A stretch of DNA of 64,000 nt from an uncultured Actinomycetota bacterium (GCA_963732695.1 CAVTAP010000026.1:268388-332387); one strand, 5' to 3'. Counted from the first letter of the stretch, positions 1 to 9,165 are shown. Notes: a model not told the origin generated them from the letters alone. Program-made: numbers and translations.

Positions 1-347
1 CCCCGGTGGACGAAGTAGGCGGCGTTCAGGTTGGGGGTGCGTATCTCGCCGGCGATCTCCGAGGCGTACGACGTGCCCCCGCCCAGGTGGAGGTAGCCGC
101 CGCTGCGCTTCTCCATGGCGAAGCCGGCCTTGGTGTCGTCGTCGAGGGCGTGGAGCCGGCGGGCCTCCCCGTAGAGGGCCCGCACGAGATCCCAGTCGAT
201 CCCGTGGTTGGTGAGGAAGAAGAAACCGACGTCCTCCAGAGCCCGGCGCAGCTCGCCGCCGAGCCGGGTGATCGTGTCGGGGTCGCCGGAACGTAGGCCC
301 GTGAGGTCGAGCACCGGGATGAGATCAGCGTCGATGGCAACGGTCAT
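1..347 (-). CDS. 2OG-Fe(II) oxygenase family protein, N-terminal part (continues past the left edge)
   Basis: Absent from the ORF track because no stop lies in the window. My reverse-strand translation from ATG (cat 345-347) reads MTVAIDADLIPVLDLTGLRSGDPDTITRLGGELRRALEDVGFFFLTNHGIDWDLVRALYGEARRLHALDDDTKAGFAMEK. This is the DIOX_N-type pattern (IPVxDL ... GFFxLxNHGI). Confidence 0.7.
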   Translation of the reverse strand, partial: MTVAIDADLIPVLDLTGLRSGDPDTITRLGGELRRALEDVGFFFLTNHGIDWDLVRALYGEARRLHALDDDTKAGFAMEKRSGGYLHLGGGTSYASEIAGEIRTPNLNAAYFVHR

Positions 348-425
348 CGCCCGAGTCTGCTCGCCGGCCCCGAACCTTGTCGAGCTATGCCGCCAGAGGC
401 GGCACAAGGTGACAAGGTTCGGTGA

Positions 426-1130
426 TCAGGGGTGGAGGAACGACCGCAGCGCGGCGGCCACCGCGTCGGGCTGGTCCCACTCCAGCAGGTGGCCGGCGCC
501 GTCGATCACCCGGTGCTCGCCCCAGGCGGCGGCCGTGCCGACGGGGACGATCTGGTCGGCGGCGCCCCACAGCACGAGGCAGGGGCAGGTGATGCGGTGG
601 ATCCGGTGGGCCAGGCCCCGGTCGCCCACGGGCCAGATCAGACTGGCCGCGGCGATGTCGGTGAGGTAGCGGGACACCGGCGCCTCGGTCTCGCCCTTGT
701 CGGCGAACCGGGTGCGGAACACCTCCGGCACGCCCCGCTCGAACAGTGGCTCCAGCCGTTTGGCCGTGGGCACGGCGTAGGGGTCGAGCCCGGGATGGTC
801 GGCGTCGAAGATGCCGAACGGGGCCAGGAGCACCAGGCGGGTGACGGCCTCGGGCCGGAACACGGCCAGATCGGCGGCCAGCATCCCGCCCACCGACGCC
901 CCGACCACCGGGCACGGACCAACGCCGGTGGCGTCGACGGCGTCCCACAGGGCGGTGAGCCACCCCAGGTAGTCGTCGGGGCAGCGGAAGCCCGATTCCC
1001 CGTCGAACCCGGGGAGCTGGGGCCGGGCCACGGTCCAGCCGTCGGCCTCCAGGGCGGCCAGGGCCGGGGACGAGCCGGGGTCGCCGGCGAGGCCCGGCAG
1101 GTAGATCAGGGTGCGGGGCTCAGCGGGCAT
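426..1130 (-). CDS. alpha/beta hydrolase fold protein
   Basis: 234-aa ORF with LIYLPGLAGDP near the N-terminus and GASVGGMLA (GxSxG nucleophile elbow). Its start overlaps the upstream LLM stop by 11 nt. Confidence 0.8.
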   Translation of the reverse strand: MPAEPRTLIYLPGLAGDPGSSPALAALEADGWTVARPQLPGFDGESGFRCPDDYLGWLTALWDAVDATGVGPCPVVGASVGGMLAADLAVFRPEAVTRLVLLAPFGIFDADHPGLDPYAVPTAKRLEPLFERGVPEVFRTRFADKGETEAPVSRYLTDIAAASLIWPVGDRGLAHRIHRITCPCLVLWGAADQIVPVGTAAAWGEHRVIDGAGHLLEWDQPDAVAAALRSFLHP

Positions 1131-2331
1131 TGGCGGGCCACCAGTGGTCGGTGTGCTCGGACCAGATGTCCTTGAGGCCGGGCAGCACCTTCGTGCCGAA
1201 CAGCTCGGTGTTCTGCCGGGCCAGCTCGTCGCTCATGTTGCCGAAGTGGAGCAGGGTCATCAGGTGGCCCACGTGGAGCGTGCGGGCCACGTGCTCCAGC
1301 TTCTCCCGCACCGTGTCGGGGCTGCCGATGACCACGTAGCCCCGTTCCAGCATCTCGTCCCAGGTGGGGCCGCCGCTGGCCTGGGTGGTCATGGCCGCCG
1401 CTCGCACCGAGCTCTGCAGCTTGCGCCGCACCGACACCTCCGACGAATAACCCGGCGGGTCGACGAAGCCGGGATAGAAGTGGAGCGAACGCTGGAAGAA
1501 GTACTCGGCCGGCTCCTTGTACAGCCGGTAGGCCTCGGCGTCGGTGTCGGCCACCCCCACGAACTGGAGGAACCCGGCCCGGTAGGGGTTGTCGTCGCGT
1601 CCGGCCCGCTCCACCGCCTCCCAGAAGCCGTCCATCGACTCCTTGCCCACCAGATGGCCGTAGTAGGAGAGGGCGGCGTAGACGAAGTCGCGCTCGGCGC
1701 ACAGGTCCCACGTCTCCACCGAGCCGCCGCCGGGGATCCACACCGGCGGGTGGGGCTGCTGCATGGGACGGGGCCAGATGTTGACCCACCGCTGCTTGGT
1801 GAACCGGCCGTTGAAGGCGAACGGCTCGGGGCGGGTCCAGGCCTGGAGGACGAGGTCGATGCCCTCGTAGTATTTGGCCCGCAGGGTGCCGGGGTTGGCC
1901 CCGTAGGCGTAGGCCGTGTCCATGGCCGTGCCCACCGGGAAGCCCGACACCAGCCGGCCCCGGGACAGGAGGTCGAGCATCGACATCTCCTCGGCCACCC
2001 GGGTCGGTGGGTCGTACAGGGCCACCGAGTTGCCCAGCACCACCACGGCCGCCCGGGAGGTGCGGTTGGCCACGATGGACGCCATCAGGTTGGGGCTGGG
2101 CATGAGCCCGTAGCCGTTGGAGTGGTGCTCGTTGACGCACAGGCCGTCGAACCCGCAGGCCTCGGCGAACACCAGCTGGTCGAGGTAGGTCTCGTAGGAC
2201 GACGCCACCACCTCGGGATCGAGGAGGGAGGCGTCGAGGTCGACCCACACCGACCGGTACCGCTCCCGGAAGTTCTCGGGGAGCTGGGGGTAGGGCATCA
2301 GATGGAACCACAACACCTTCACCCCGACCAC
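1120..2331 (-). CDS. LLM-class flavin-dependent oxidoreductase (luciferase-like monooxygenase)
   Basis: 403-aa ORF with GTG start. The segment FAEACGFDGLCVNEHHSNGYGLMPSPNLMASIVANRTSRAAVVVLGNSVALYDPPTRVAEEMSMLDLLSRGRLVSGF is typical LLM family sequence. Confidence 0.85.
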   Translation of the reverse strand: MVGVKVLWFHLMPYPQLPENFRERYRSVWVDLDASLLDPEVVASSYETYLDQLVFAEACGFDGLCVNEHHSNGYGLMPSPNLMASIVANRTSRAAVVVLGNSVALYDPPTRVAEEMSMLDLLSRGRLVSGFPVGTAMDTAYAYGANPGTLRAKYYEGIDLVLQAWTRPEPFAFNGRFTKQRWVNIWPRPMQQPHPPVWIPGGGSVETWDLCAERDFVYAALSYYGHLVGKESMDGFWEAVERAGRDDNPYRAGFLQFVGVADTDAEAYRLYKEPAEYFFQRSLHFYPGFVDPPGYSSEVSVRRKLQSSVRAAAMTTQASGGPTWDEMLERGYVVIGSPDTVREKLEHVARTLHVGHLMTLLHFGNMSDELARQNTELFGTKVLPGLKDIWSEHTDHWWPANAR

Positions 2332-2344
2332 GCTAGATCGAGCC

Positions 2345-2398
2345 GTTCTTGCACGAGAAAACCGCGCTCAGCGCGAGTTACCCGTGCAATTTCGGGGG
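2345..2398. repeat. intergenic palindromic element, family II copy A (core GCGCTCAGCGC)
   Basis: gttct-TGCACGAGAAAAC-cGCGCTCAGCGCg-AGTTACCCGTGCA-atttcggggg. The 5+13+13+13+10 layout and the flanks match copy C at 31916, but the arms are different and self-complementary. Confidence 0.75.
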
Positions 2399-2408
2399 TG
2401 GAGCTCCG

Positions 2409-3452
2409 TCAGCCGGCCTGCAGGCCCAGCGCGTCCACCACCTGCTGCTGGAAGTAGGCCACCCCCTGCTCGTGGCGGGGCGACAGGGGGCCGGTGCGGT
2501 ACAGGCCGGTGGCGTAGTTGTGGTGGGTGGCGGCACAGATGCCGAGGTCCTCGCGCACGATGGCCAGGTTCCCCTCGATCGCCCGCGTCCGGGCGGGGGC
2601 GGCGGCCTCCGACGTGTCGGCGAACCAGAAGTGGTAGTGCTGCTCGGTCCGATCGACGGCCAGGGGGTTGATGCGGGAGGTGTTCATGCCCCCGTCGAAC
2701 AGCGACAACGTCCAGTTGGGCCACATCCACAGCCACAACCCGCGGTAGAAGAGACCATCGCGGGGCGGGGCCGACATCCGCACATAGCCCCGGTGGGCGG
2801 TGGTGGTGAACCGGCTGAAGTCTACGGCGGCGTGGAAGGCGGGATGGACGCCGGGCAGGTGGTACCCCTCCACGAAGTTGTCGGTGTAGATCTTCCAGTT
2901 GGCGTCGAACGCGACGGTGGCCGAGCCCATCGCCGTGTATGTCTCGATCGGCTCGTCGGCCAGCTCGGCCGGTAGCTCGCCCAGCTGGTCGAGGAGGCTG
3001 ATGGGCGGGTCGACGGCGGCGAACAGCAGGCCCCGCCACTGGTCGACGGCGATGGACTGGAGGGGCCAGTCGGCCGGGTCGAAGCCGGGATCGTCGCCGA
3101 ACCAGGGGGTGGCCACCAGGGCTCCGGTGTCGTCGTAGACCCACTGGTGATAGGGGCAGCGGATCGCCCGGCACAGCCCTTCCCCGTCGGCCAGGAGCTG
3201 GGCCCCCCGATGCCGGCAGACGTTGGTGAAGGCCCGCAGCACGCCGTCGCCGCCCCGAACCACCACCAGCTTCAGCCCGGCCACGTCGGCCGCCAGGTAC
3301 CGGCCCGGCTCGGCCACGGTCGCCGCCGGACCGAGGTACTGCCACGTCCGGGTAAAGATCCGATCGCGCTCGGCCGCCAACGATGACGGGTCGACGTAGT
3401 GGCTCGACGCCAGGTTCCGCTGCACCATGGTGCCGATGATGGCACACGACAC
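2409..3452 (-). CDS. Rieske [2Fe-2S] non-heme iron oxygenase, alpha-subunit type
   Basis: 347-aa ORF with the Rieske motif CRHRGAQLL...CPYHQWVY, followed by a catalytic domain containing NFVEGYHLPGVHP (iron-ligand region). Confidence 0.85.
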   Translation of the reverse strand: MSCAIIGTMVQRNLASSHYVDPSSLAAERDRIFTRTWQYLGPAATVAEPGRYLAADVAGLKLVVVRGGDGVLRAFTNVCRHRGAQLLADGEGLCRAIRCPYHQWVYDDTGALVATPWFGDDPGFDPADWPLQSIAVDQWRGLLFAAVDPPISLLDQLGELPAELADEPIETYTAMGSATVAFDANWKIYTDNFVEGYHLPGVHPAFHAAVDFSRFTTTAHRGYVRMSAPPRDGLFYRGLWLWMWPNWTLSLFDGGMNTSRINPLAVDRTEQHYHFWFADTSEAAAPARTRAIEGNLAIVREDLGICAATHHNYATGLYRTGPLSPRHEQGVAYFQQQVVDALGLQAG

Positions 3453-3453
3453 C

Positions 3454-3544
3454 GGGGGCGCCTGCCCCCGAAGGAGCCGGCCCGAAGGGCCGGGCGACGG
3501 GGTTGGGGCCCCGGCGCAGTTGGGGTCCGGGGGCGCCAGCCCCC
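3454..3544. repeat. solo diverged copy of the GC-hairpin repeat that is tandemly amplified at 63781-64000
   Basis: GGGGGCGCCTGCCCCC (3454-3469) ... CGGCCCGAAGGGCCG ... GGGGTTGGGGCCCC (3499-3512) ... GGGGGCGCCAGCCCCC (3529-3544). The module order is the same as in the right-edge repeat unit. Confidence 0.6.
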
Positions 3545-3551
3545 GAAAAAC

Positions 3552-6017
3552 TCAGCTCAGGACGTCGTCGACCAGGAGCTGGATGTAGCGCTCCTCGGGC
3601 CAGCCCAGCACGTCGCGGATCACGTGCTCGTTGTGCTCGCCCAGGGCGGGGGAGCGGACGATGCGGTGGTCGAAGCCCCGCCACTGGGCCGCCTCCCGGT
3701 CGATGGGGATGTCGATCTCCGGGGCCGACGGCTGGTGCACGATCTGGTAGTGGTGGCGGAGCTGGGGGTCGCGCTCGAACGTGTCGGCCAGGTGCTCCAC
3801 CGGGGCGGCGGCGATGCCGGCGGCCTGGCACCGGTCGGCGGCTTCCCACTTGTCGAGGGTGGCGGTCCAGGCGGCGACGACGGTGTCGAGGGCGTCCTCG
3901 TTGGCCTTGCGCCGGGTGTGGGTGGCGAACCGGGGGTCGGCGGCCAGGAACGGCAGGTTCATGATCCGGCACAGGTGACGCCACTCGTCGTCGCTGGCCA
4001 CGGCCAGGGCCACCCACTCGTCCTCCGAGTGTTCGGAGGGCAGGGCGGGGTAGACGCCGTGGGGGGCGAAGTCGGGGTCCCGGTTGGCCCGGCGGGGCGG
4101 CTGCACCCCGGTGGCCCGGTACTGCATCCACTCCACCCCGAGCAGCGACACGAACCCCGACAGCTGGGTGAGGTGCAGCTCCTGGCCCTCGCCGGTGCGG
4201 TCGCGGTGGCGCAGGGCCGACAGCAGGGTGGCCGCCAGCAGGTGGGGCGAGGTGAAGTCGGGGTAGGGGATGCCGATGCCCCGGGGCGGGTCGCCCTCGA
4301 ACCCGGTGAGCAGGTTGAACCCGGCCGCCGCCATCAGGATGTTGCCCATGGAGGAGCGCACGGCCCACGGCCCCTTGCGGTGGGCGCCGGGCAGGTTGAG
4401 CAGCACGATGTCGGGCTTGATCGAGCGCAGCACGTCGTAGCCCAGGCCCATGCGGTCCATGGCCCCGGGGCGGAAGTTGTTGACCACGGCGTCGGCCGAG
4501 GCGACGAGGGCCCTGATCACCTCCATGCCGCCGTCGGACGTGAGGTCGACGGTGAGCGACAGCTTCCCGGCGTTCACCGAGTTGAACAGGCCGCCCAGGT
4601 CGGGATCCAGGGCGCCGGTCGGCCCGGGCTGGGCCCGCATCGAGTCGGGCTTGCGGCCCGACTCCACCCGGATCACCTCGGCCCCGAAGCTGGCCAGCAG
4701 CCGGGTGCCGATCGGGCCGGCCAGCACCCAGGAGAGGTCGACGATCCGGATCCCGGCCAGGGCGTCGGCCGGTCCGCCCGAACTCCTCACCAGGGCCGTC
4801 GCCGGCGGAGTTGTCAAGGAGAAGTCGCCGGGGGAGGTGGGGGAGGGGGCGAGGTCGTCGAGGAGCGACTGGTGCTGGCCCAGCGTGGGAGCGGGCAGGA
4901 TCTCCACCCCGTCGGCCATGGCGTCGGCCGGGGAGCGGACGAACCCCAGGCTCCGCCCCAGGGCCGGCTGGGGGACGTCGAAGAACTGCTCGTTGACCAC
5001 GTACTGCTCGTGGGTGGCCAGATCGTCGAAGCCGAGCACGGGGAGGCACACCAGGTCGGCCTCCAGGGCCCCGGCGGCGAACTCGTCGCGGGTCAGCTTG
5101 GTGGCCAGGGCCCGGGTGGCCGCCGCCACCGGGTTGTCCTTGCGTGGCGCGCTGAGCAGCGACCACTCCCAGTCGGCACTGGTCATCCCGTGGTCGACAC
5201 CTACGGCGTCGCACCAGGCGAGGAAGGCGTCGAACCGGTCGGGTCGCACCAGCAGGCCCACGTGCCCCCCGTCGGCGCAGCGCAGCGCGGCCGACATGCC
5301 GGGTCGGCGGGGCACCCGCTGGTGCCACAGCCACTGGCCCGGGGTCGCGCTCTGCATGGCCGCCATCACCGTGGCCTCCTGCAGCGTGACCTCGATGTGG
5401 GCCCCCGGCCGGGCGGGGTGGCGCCAGCGCCCCGTGAGCGCGATGGTGACGGCCGACGCCGCCGCCAGGCCGGCCATCGTGTACGACGGGTTGGCCGCAC
5501 CCTGCACCGGCGTGCCCCGGGGCTCGCCCGAGATCCACACCAGGCCGCCGGCCGCCCCCGCCACCAGGTCGTTGGCCTTGCGGTCGGCCCACGGCGAGTC
5601 CAGCCCGAACGGCGTGATCGACAGCTGGATCAGCCCCGGGTTGACCGACCGCAGGGCGTCGTGGCCGAGACGGAGCCCGTCGAGTCGGCCCGGCTGCTCG
5701 GTGTCGATCACCACCTGGGCGGTGGCCACCAGCCGGCGGAAGGTCTCGGCCCCGTCGGCGGTGGCGAGGTCGACCACCACCGACCGCTTGTTGGCGTTGA
5801 GGTACTGATGGGCCAGCGACCGCTCGGCGCCGGGTTGGTCGTCGAGGAACGGCGAGCTGCGCCGGATCGGATTGCCGGCCGGCGGTTCCACCAGGATCAC
5901 CTCGGCCCCCAGGTCGGCCAGGATGCGGCCGGCCAGAGCACCCGACCGGTCGGCCAGGTCGAGCACCCGGACCCCGTCCAGAGCTCGGCTCATCGGGACA
6001 GGGCGGGGGAGAGGCAC
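3552..6017 (-). CDS. tandem-fused family III (CaiB/BaiF) CoA-transferase, two complete modules in one chain
   Basis: 821-aa ORF. Module 1 starts LDGVRVLDLADRSGALAGRILADLGAEVILVEPP. Module 2 starts LAGIRIVDLSWVLAGPIGTRLLASFGAEVIRVES at about aa 425. Both are canonical CaiB N-terminal signatures. Confidence 0.85.
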   Translation of the reverse strand: MPLPRPVPMSRALDGVRVLDLADRSGALAGRILADLGAEVILVEPPAGNPIRRSSPFLDDQPGAERSLAHQYLNANKRSVVVDLATADGAETFRRLVATAQVVIDTEQPGRLDGLRLGHDALRSVNPGLIQLSITPFGLDSPWADRKANDLVAGAAGGLVWISGEPRGTPVQGAANPSYTMAGLAAASAVTIALTGRWRHPARPGAHIEVTLQEATVMAAMQSATPGQWLWHQRVPRRPGMSAALRCADGGHVGLLVRPDRFDAFLAWCDAVGVDHGMTSADWEWSLLSAPRKDNPVAAATRALATKLTRDEFAAGALEADLVCLPVLGFDDLATHEQYVVNEQFFDVPQPALGRSLGFVRSPADAMADGVEILPAPTLGQHQSLLDDLAPSPTSPGDFSLTTPPATALVRSSGGPADALAGIRIVDLSWVLAGPIGTRLLASFGAEVIRVESGRKPDSMRAQPGPTGALDPDLGGLFNSVNAGKLSLTVDLTSDGGMEVIRALVASADAVVNNFRPGAMDRMGLGYDVLRSIKPDIVLLNLPGAHRKGPWAVRSSMGNILMAAAGFNLLTGFEGDPPRGIGIPYPDFTSPHLLAATLLSALRHRDRTGEGQELHLTQLSGFVSLLGVEWMQYRATGVQPPRRANRDPDFAPHGVYPALPSEHSEDEWVALAVASDDEWRHLCRIMNLPFLAADPRFATHTRRKANEDALDTVVAAWTATLDKWEAADRCQAAGIAAAPVEHLADTFERDPQLRHHYQIVHQPSAPEIDIPIDREAAQWRGFDHRIVRSPALGEHNEHVIRDVLGWPEERYIQLLVDDVLS

Positions 6018-6084
6018 GGGCGCATGCGGCGATGATGGCGCCCGCCGGGCCCCCGGGGCAATCGGGGGAGACCGGCTGGTGCGG

Positions 6085-6846
6085 TCAGCCGCCGCTGGCG
6101 GTGCCGGCCGGCAACGTCATGGCGTAGAAGACGGCGGCGATGGAACGGGCCGACAGGCTCCACCCATCGTCGCCGTCCGGATCGGCGTCGATGCCCGGGT
6201 TGCCGTACCACAGGGCCAACGAGCCGATGAACTGCGACGACACCGCGATGGCGAGGTGCCGGCTGGTGTACCGGGGACGAAGGTTCAGGTCGTAGGCATC
6301 CAGCAGGCTCTGCCAGGCCCGTTCGGCGCCGTCCAGGAAGGCGTCCTGGCGGTGGCGCAGCGCCCGTTGCACCCGCGGATCGGCGGAGCTGGCCAGGAAC
6401 CCGAACTCCACGGCGAAGAGGGCATTCTCCCGGTACTGCTGGCCAACCCGCTCCACCAGGATCCTGAGCACCTCGGCCAGGGGCACGCCGGCTGCCGCCG
6501 CCCGCTTGAACCCGGTCTCCGCTCGGCCGACGTCGACCGTCAGCGTCGCCTGGATGTCGGCGATGTGGAGCAGAAGGTCGGCCTGGTAGTCGATCTGGGA
6601 CGGCCACAGGTTGTAGATGGCGCCGGTGGTGACGGCCGGCGCGTGGGGGTCGTCGGCCCGCCGCAGCTCGGTGGCCCGGATGGCGACGTGCGTGAGACGG
6701 ACATGGGCCAGGGCGGCGGCAACGACCTCGTCGCCGGCCTGGGTGACGCGAGCCTGGACGAGATCGACGCCGGCCTGCAGCAGCAGCTTTCGGGTCTCCT
6801 CCCGGCGTTGCCGGCGGCCCGGCTCGGCCCGATCGTCCACAGCCAC
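6085..6846 (-). CDS. TetR-like transcriptional regulator (divergent HTH region)
   Basis: 253-aa ORF at the head of the minus-strand operon. The N-terminus RREETRKLLLQAGVDLV ... TTGAIYNLWPSQIDYQADLL resembles the TetR HTH plus the GxxYxHFxSKxxL segment, with an insertion. Confidence 0.55.
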   Translation of the reverse strand: MAVDDRAEPGRRQRREETRKLLLQAGVDLVQARVTQAGDEVVAAALAHVRLTHVAIRATELRRADDPHAPAVTTGAIYNLWPSQIDYQADLLLHIADIQATLTVDVGRAETGFKRAAAAGVPLAEVLRILVERVGQQYRENALFAVEFGFLASSADPRVQRALRHRQDAFLDGAERAWQSLLDAYDLNLRPRYTSRHLAIAVSSQFIGSLALWYGNPGIDADPDGDDGWSLSARSIAAVFYAMTLPAGTASGG

Positions 6847-6902
6847 CTCCTCGTCTGGGGCAAGTCTTGACGCCGGGCGGCTACCTGCCTACGGTCGAAC
6901 TT

Positions 6903-6925
6903 GATTCGTAGATTTTCTACGGATC
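6903..6925. promoter_or_regulatory. candidate operator: 10-bp inverted repeat GATTCGTAGA-ttt-TCTACGGATC
   Basis: 9 of 10 positions are complementary. It sits in a locally AT-richer patch about 57-80 nt upstream of the TetR-like start codon (6846). Confidence 0.4.
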
Positions 6926-7027
6926 CGGAAGGGGCCGTGGCTGGCTCGAGGCGGTCGGCCAGGAGCTTCGGGCCCAGCAGGGGTTGGCGCGAGCGCGTCT
7001 CGGCCGCCCCTTGCCTCTTCCGTCGGT

Positions 7028-7366
7028 TCAGTCCGGGAACGAGACCAGCACGGCGGCGTTGGCCATGATCAGCACGTCGTCGCCCGAGGGGGCGGGAATG
7101 TCGAGCCCGCCCTGCATCGGCGTGACGGTGACGGTGCCGTAGGGAACCTGGGCCTTGATGCGATCGACGTCGATCGCCTCCGGCTTGGCCACCCCGATGC
7201 GGACCTCGATCACCATGTCGTGGTGGGTCTTGCCGGCGGCGGCGAAGAAGTTGAGGCTCGAGTGGCGGAGGGCGTCCGACACCGCCCGCTCGGCCGCCTT
7301 GGTGTAGTCGCCGCCGTGGACGTCGACCCCCATCCCCATCTCGGTTATCCAGCGAACCAGTGCCAT
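7028..7366 (-). CDS. Lin0512-family conserved protein of unknown function
   Basis: 112-aa ORF MALVRWITEMGMGVDVHGGDYTKAAERAVSDALRHSSL...VRIGVAKPEAIDVD, which I recognise as the Lin0512_fam pattern. Confidence 0.65.
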   Translation of the reverse strand: MALVRWITEMGMGVDVHGGDYTKAAERAVSDALRHSSLNFFAAAGKTHHDMVIEVRIGVAKPEAIDVDRIKAQVPYGTVTVTPMQGGLDIPAPSGDDVLIMANAAVLVSFPD

Positions 7367-7446
7367 GGCCGCAACCTAGCGGGCCACCCCCCCGTGCCCA
7401 CGGGCTCGGGCCGGCGGGGTGGGTGGGTGTGGGTGGCCCTCGGCCG

Positions 7447-9165
7447 TTACCGGGCGGCCAGCGGGCCCCGCAGGAGCTGGCCGGCGCGGGCACCGGTGGG
7501 CCGGCCCCGATCCAGCAGCACCTCGCCGTTCACGATCGTGGCCAGGAAGCCGCTGGCCGTCTGGCGCAGCCGCCGGGCCCCGCCGGGCAGGTCGTAGACC
7601 AGCTCGGGCAGGTCGGGCGTGATCGTGGCCAGGTCGAAGATGTTGAGGTCGGCCGCCTTGCCCTCGGCCACCACCCCCCGGTCGGCGAAGCCCCAGGCGG
7701 TGGCCGGGACCGACGTCATCTTCCGCACCGCCTCCTCCACCGTCATGGCCTCCCGGTCCCGCACCCAGTGGCCCAGCAGGTGGGTCTGGATCGACGAGTC
7801 CATGATCTGGCTGACGTGGGCCCCCGAGTCGCTGAAGGTGGGGATGGAGTAGGGGTGGCGCATCAGCTCCAGCACGATGTCCTGGTCCTGGTTGGCGGCG
7901 GCCTGGATGAAGAAGCCCTCCAGGTTGCGGGCCAGGGCCTCGTCGACGAAGGCCTCCATGGGTGAGCAGCCCCGCTCGGCGGCGATCTCGGCGATCGACC
8001 GGTACGGCGGCAGGCCGGCGGTGAGCGGGTAGATCCAGTGCCACTCCGGCTTGCGGGCCTCGGCCCCGATGGCCCGGCCGTAGTCGCCCTGCTCGGCCGC
8101 GGCCACCAGGGCGGCCCGCTTCTCCGGGTCGCGCAGGGCGGCCCGCTGAGCCTCCAGCGGCTGGGCCCGCAGCTCCCGCCACCCGGGCAGCGCGTCGAAC
8201 GGGAGGCGGGTCAGGAACGACAGCAGCACCCCGAACTGGCGGGAGTGGACCTGGGCCCACGACGTGCCGCCCCCGGCGTTGATCCGCTCCAGCAGCTCCA
8301 CCACGGGCTTCCACTGGTGGTCTTCGGAGCCGAACGACAGCATCCCGTAGGTGACCGGCACTCCGGTGGCCACGCCCAGCTCCACCAGCTTGGCGATGTA
8401 GGCCTCCCGCTTCTCCGGGTCACGGGATCGGAGGTCCTTGCCCTGGGCCAGCTCGAAGATGCCGGCCCCCAGGTCGCCCATCACGCCCACCAGGGCCTGG
8501 ATCTCGGTCCAGTCGGCCAGGCGGGAGGCGACGGGACGATCGTCGGCCGTCTCGTGGTTCATCGACACCGAGGTGGTGAAGCCGATGGCGCCGGCCTGGA
8601 TGGCGTCCCGCACCTGGCCCATCATCAGGGCCAGGTCGGCCTCCGAGGCCTTCTCGCTGAAGGCCCGCTCGCCCATGGCCCAGGTGCGCAGGGCGGAGTG
8701 GCCCACGTAGCCGGCGTAGTTGATGCCCTTGGGGGTGCGGTCGACGAAGTCGAGGTACTGGGGGAACGTCTCCCAGCTCCAGTCGATGCCGGCCGCCATG
8801 GCCTCGGCCGCGATGTCTTCGGCCCGCTCCAGGTTGCGCACCACCAGGTGGCGGGCGTCGGAGCGCACGGGGGCCAGAGTGAAGCCGCAGTTGCCCATCA
8901 CGGCGGTGGTCACGCCGTGGAAGCAGGAGCACTCGCCCAGCGGGTCCCAGGCGATCTGGGCGTCCATGTGGGTGTGGACGTCGACGAAGCCGGGGCTGAC
9001 GATGTGGCCCTCGGCGTCGATCGTGCGCTGGGCCGCCTCGCCCGCCAGCTGGCCCACGGCGGTGATGACGCCGTCGGTGATGGCCACGTCGGCCCGCCGC
9101 CCGGCGCTCCCGGTCCCGTCCACCACCGTCCCGTTGGTGATCAGCAGATCATGCATCTCGGTCAA
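7447..9165 (-). CDS. N-acyl-D-amino-acid deacylase family amidohydrolase
   Basis: 572-aa ORF. The N-terminus LLITNGTVVDGTGSAGRRADVAITDGVITAVG...GHIVSPGFVDVHTHMDAQ...GVTTAVMGNCG is the typical D-aminoacylase metal-binding signature. Confidence 0.85.
   Translation of the reverse strand: MTEMHDLLITNGTVVDGTGSAGRRADVAITDGVITAVGQLAGEAAQRTIDAEGHIVSPGFVDVHTHMDAQIAWDPLGECSCFHGVTTAVMGNCGFTLAPVRSDARHLVVRNLERAEDIAAEAMAAGIDWSWETFPQYLDFVDRTPKGINYAGYVGHSALRTWAMGERAFSEKASEADLALMMGQVRDAIQAGAIGFTTSVSMNHETADDRPVASRLADWTEIQALVGVMGDLGAGIFELAQGKDLRSRDPEKREAYIAKLVELGVATGVPVTYGMLSFGSEDHQWKPVVELLERINAGGGTSWAQVHSRQFGVLLSFLTRLPFDALPGWRELRAQPLEAQRAALRDPEKRAALVAAAEQGDYGRAIGAEARKPEWHWIYPLTAGLPPYRSIAEIAAERGCSPMEAFVDEALARNLEGFFIQAAANQDQDIVLELMRHPYSIPTFSDSGAHVSQIMDSSIQTHLLGHWVRDREAMTVEEAVRKMTSVPATAWGFADRGVVAEGKAADLNIFDLATITPDLPELVYDLPGGARRLRQTASGFLATIVNGEVLLDRGRPTGARAGQLLRGPLAAR

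Noticed and set aside
2368-5592. Very long ORFs antisense to or overlapping the genes called here (for example 2368..5592 minus, 3399..6035 plus, 21527..24889 plus, 42277..44973 plus beyond the real segments, 47377..50571 plus, 56061..58112 minus).
   Set aside because: Their translations are Arg/Pro/Gly/Ala-rich low-complexity strings with no recognisable motifs. They are the expected stop-poor alternative frames of very GC-rich DNA, and in every case another frame carries a clear family signature.
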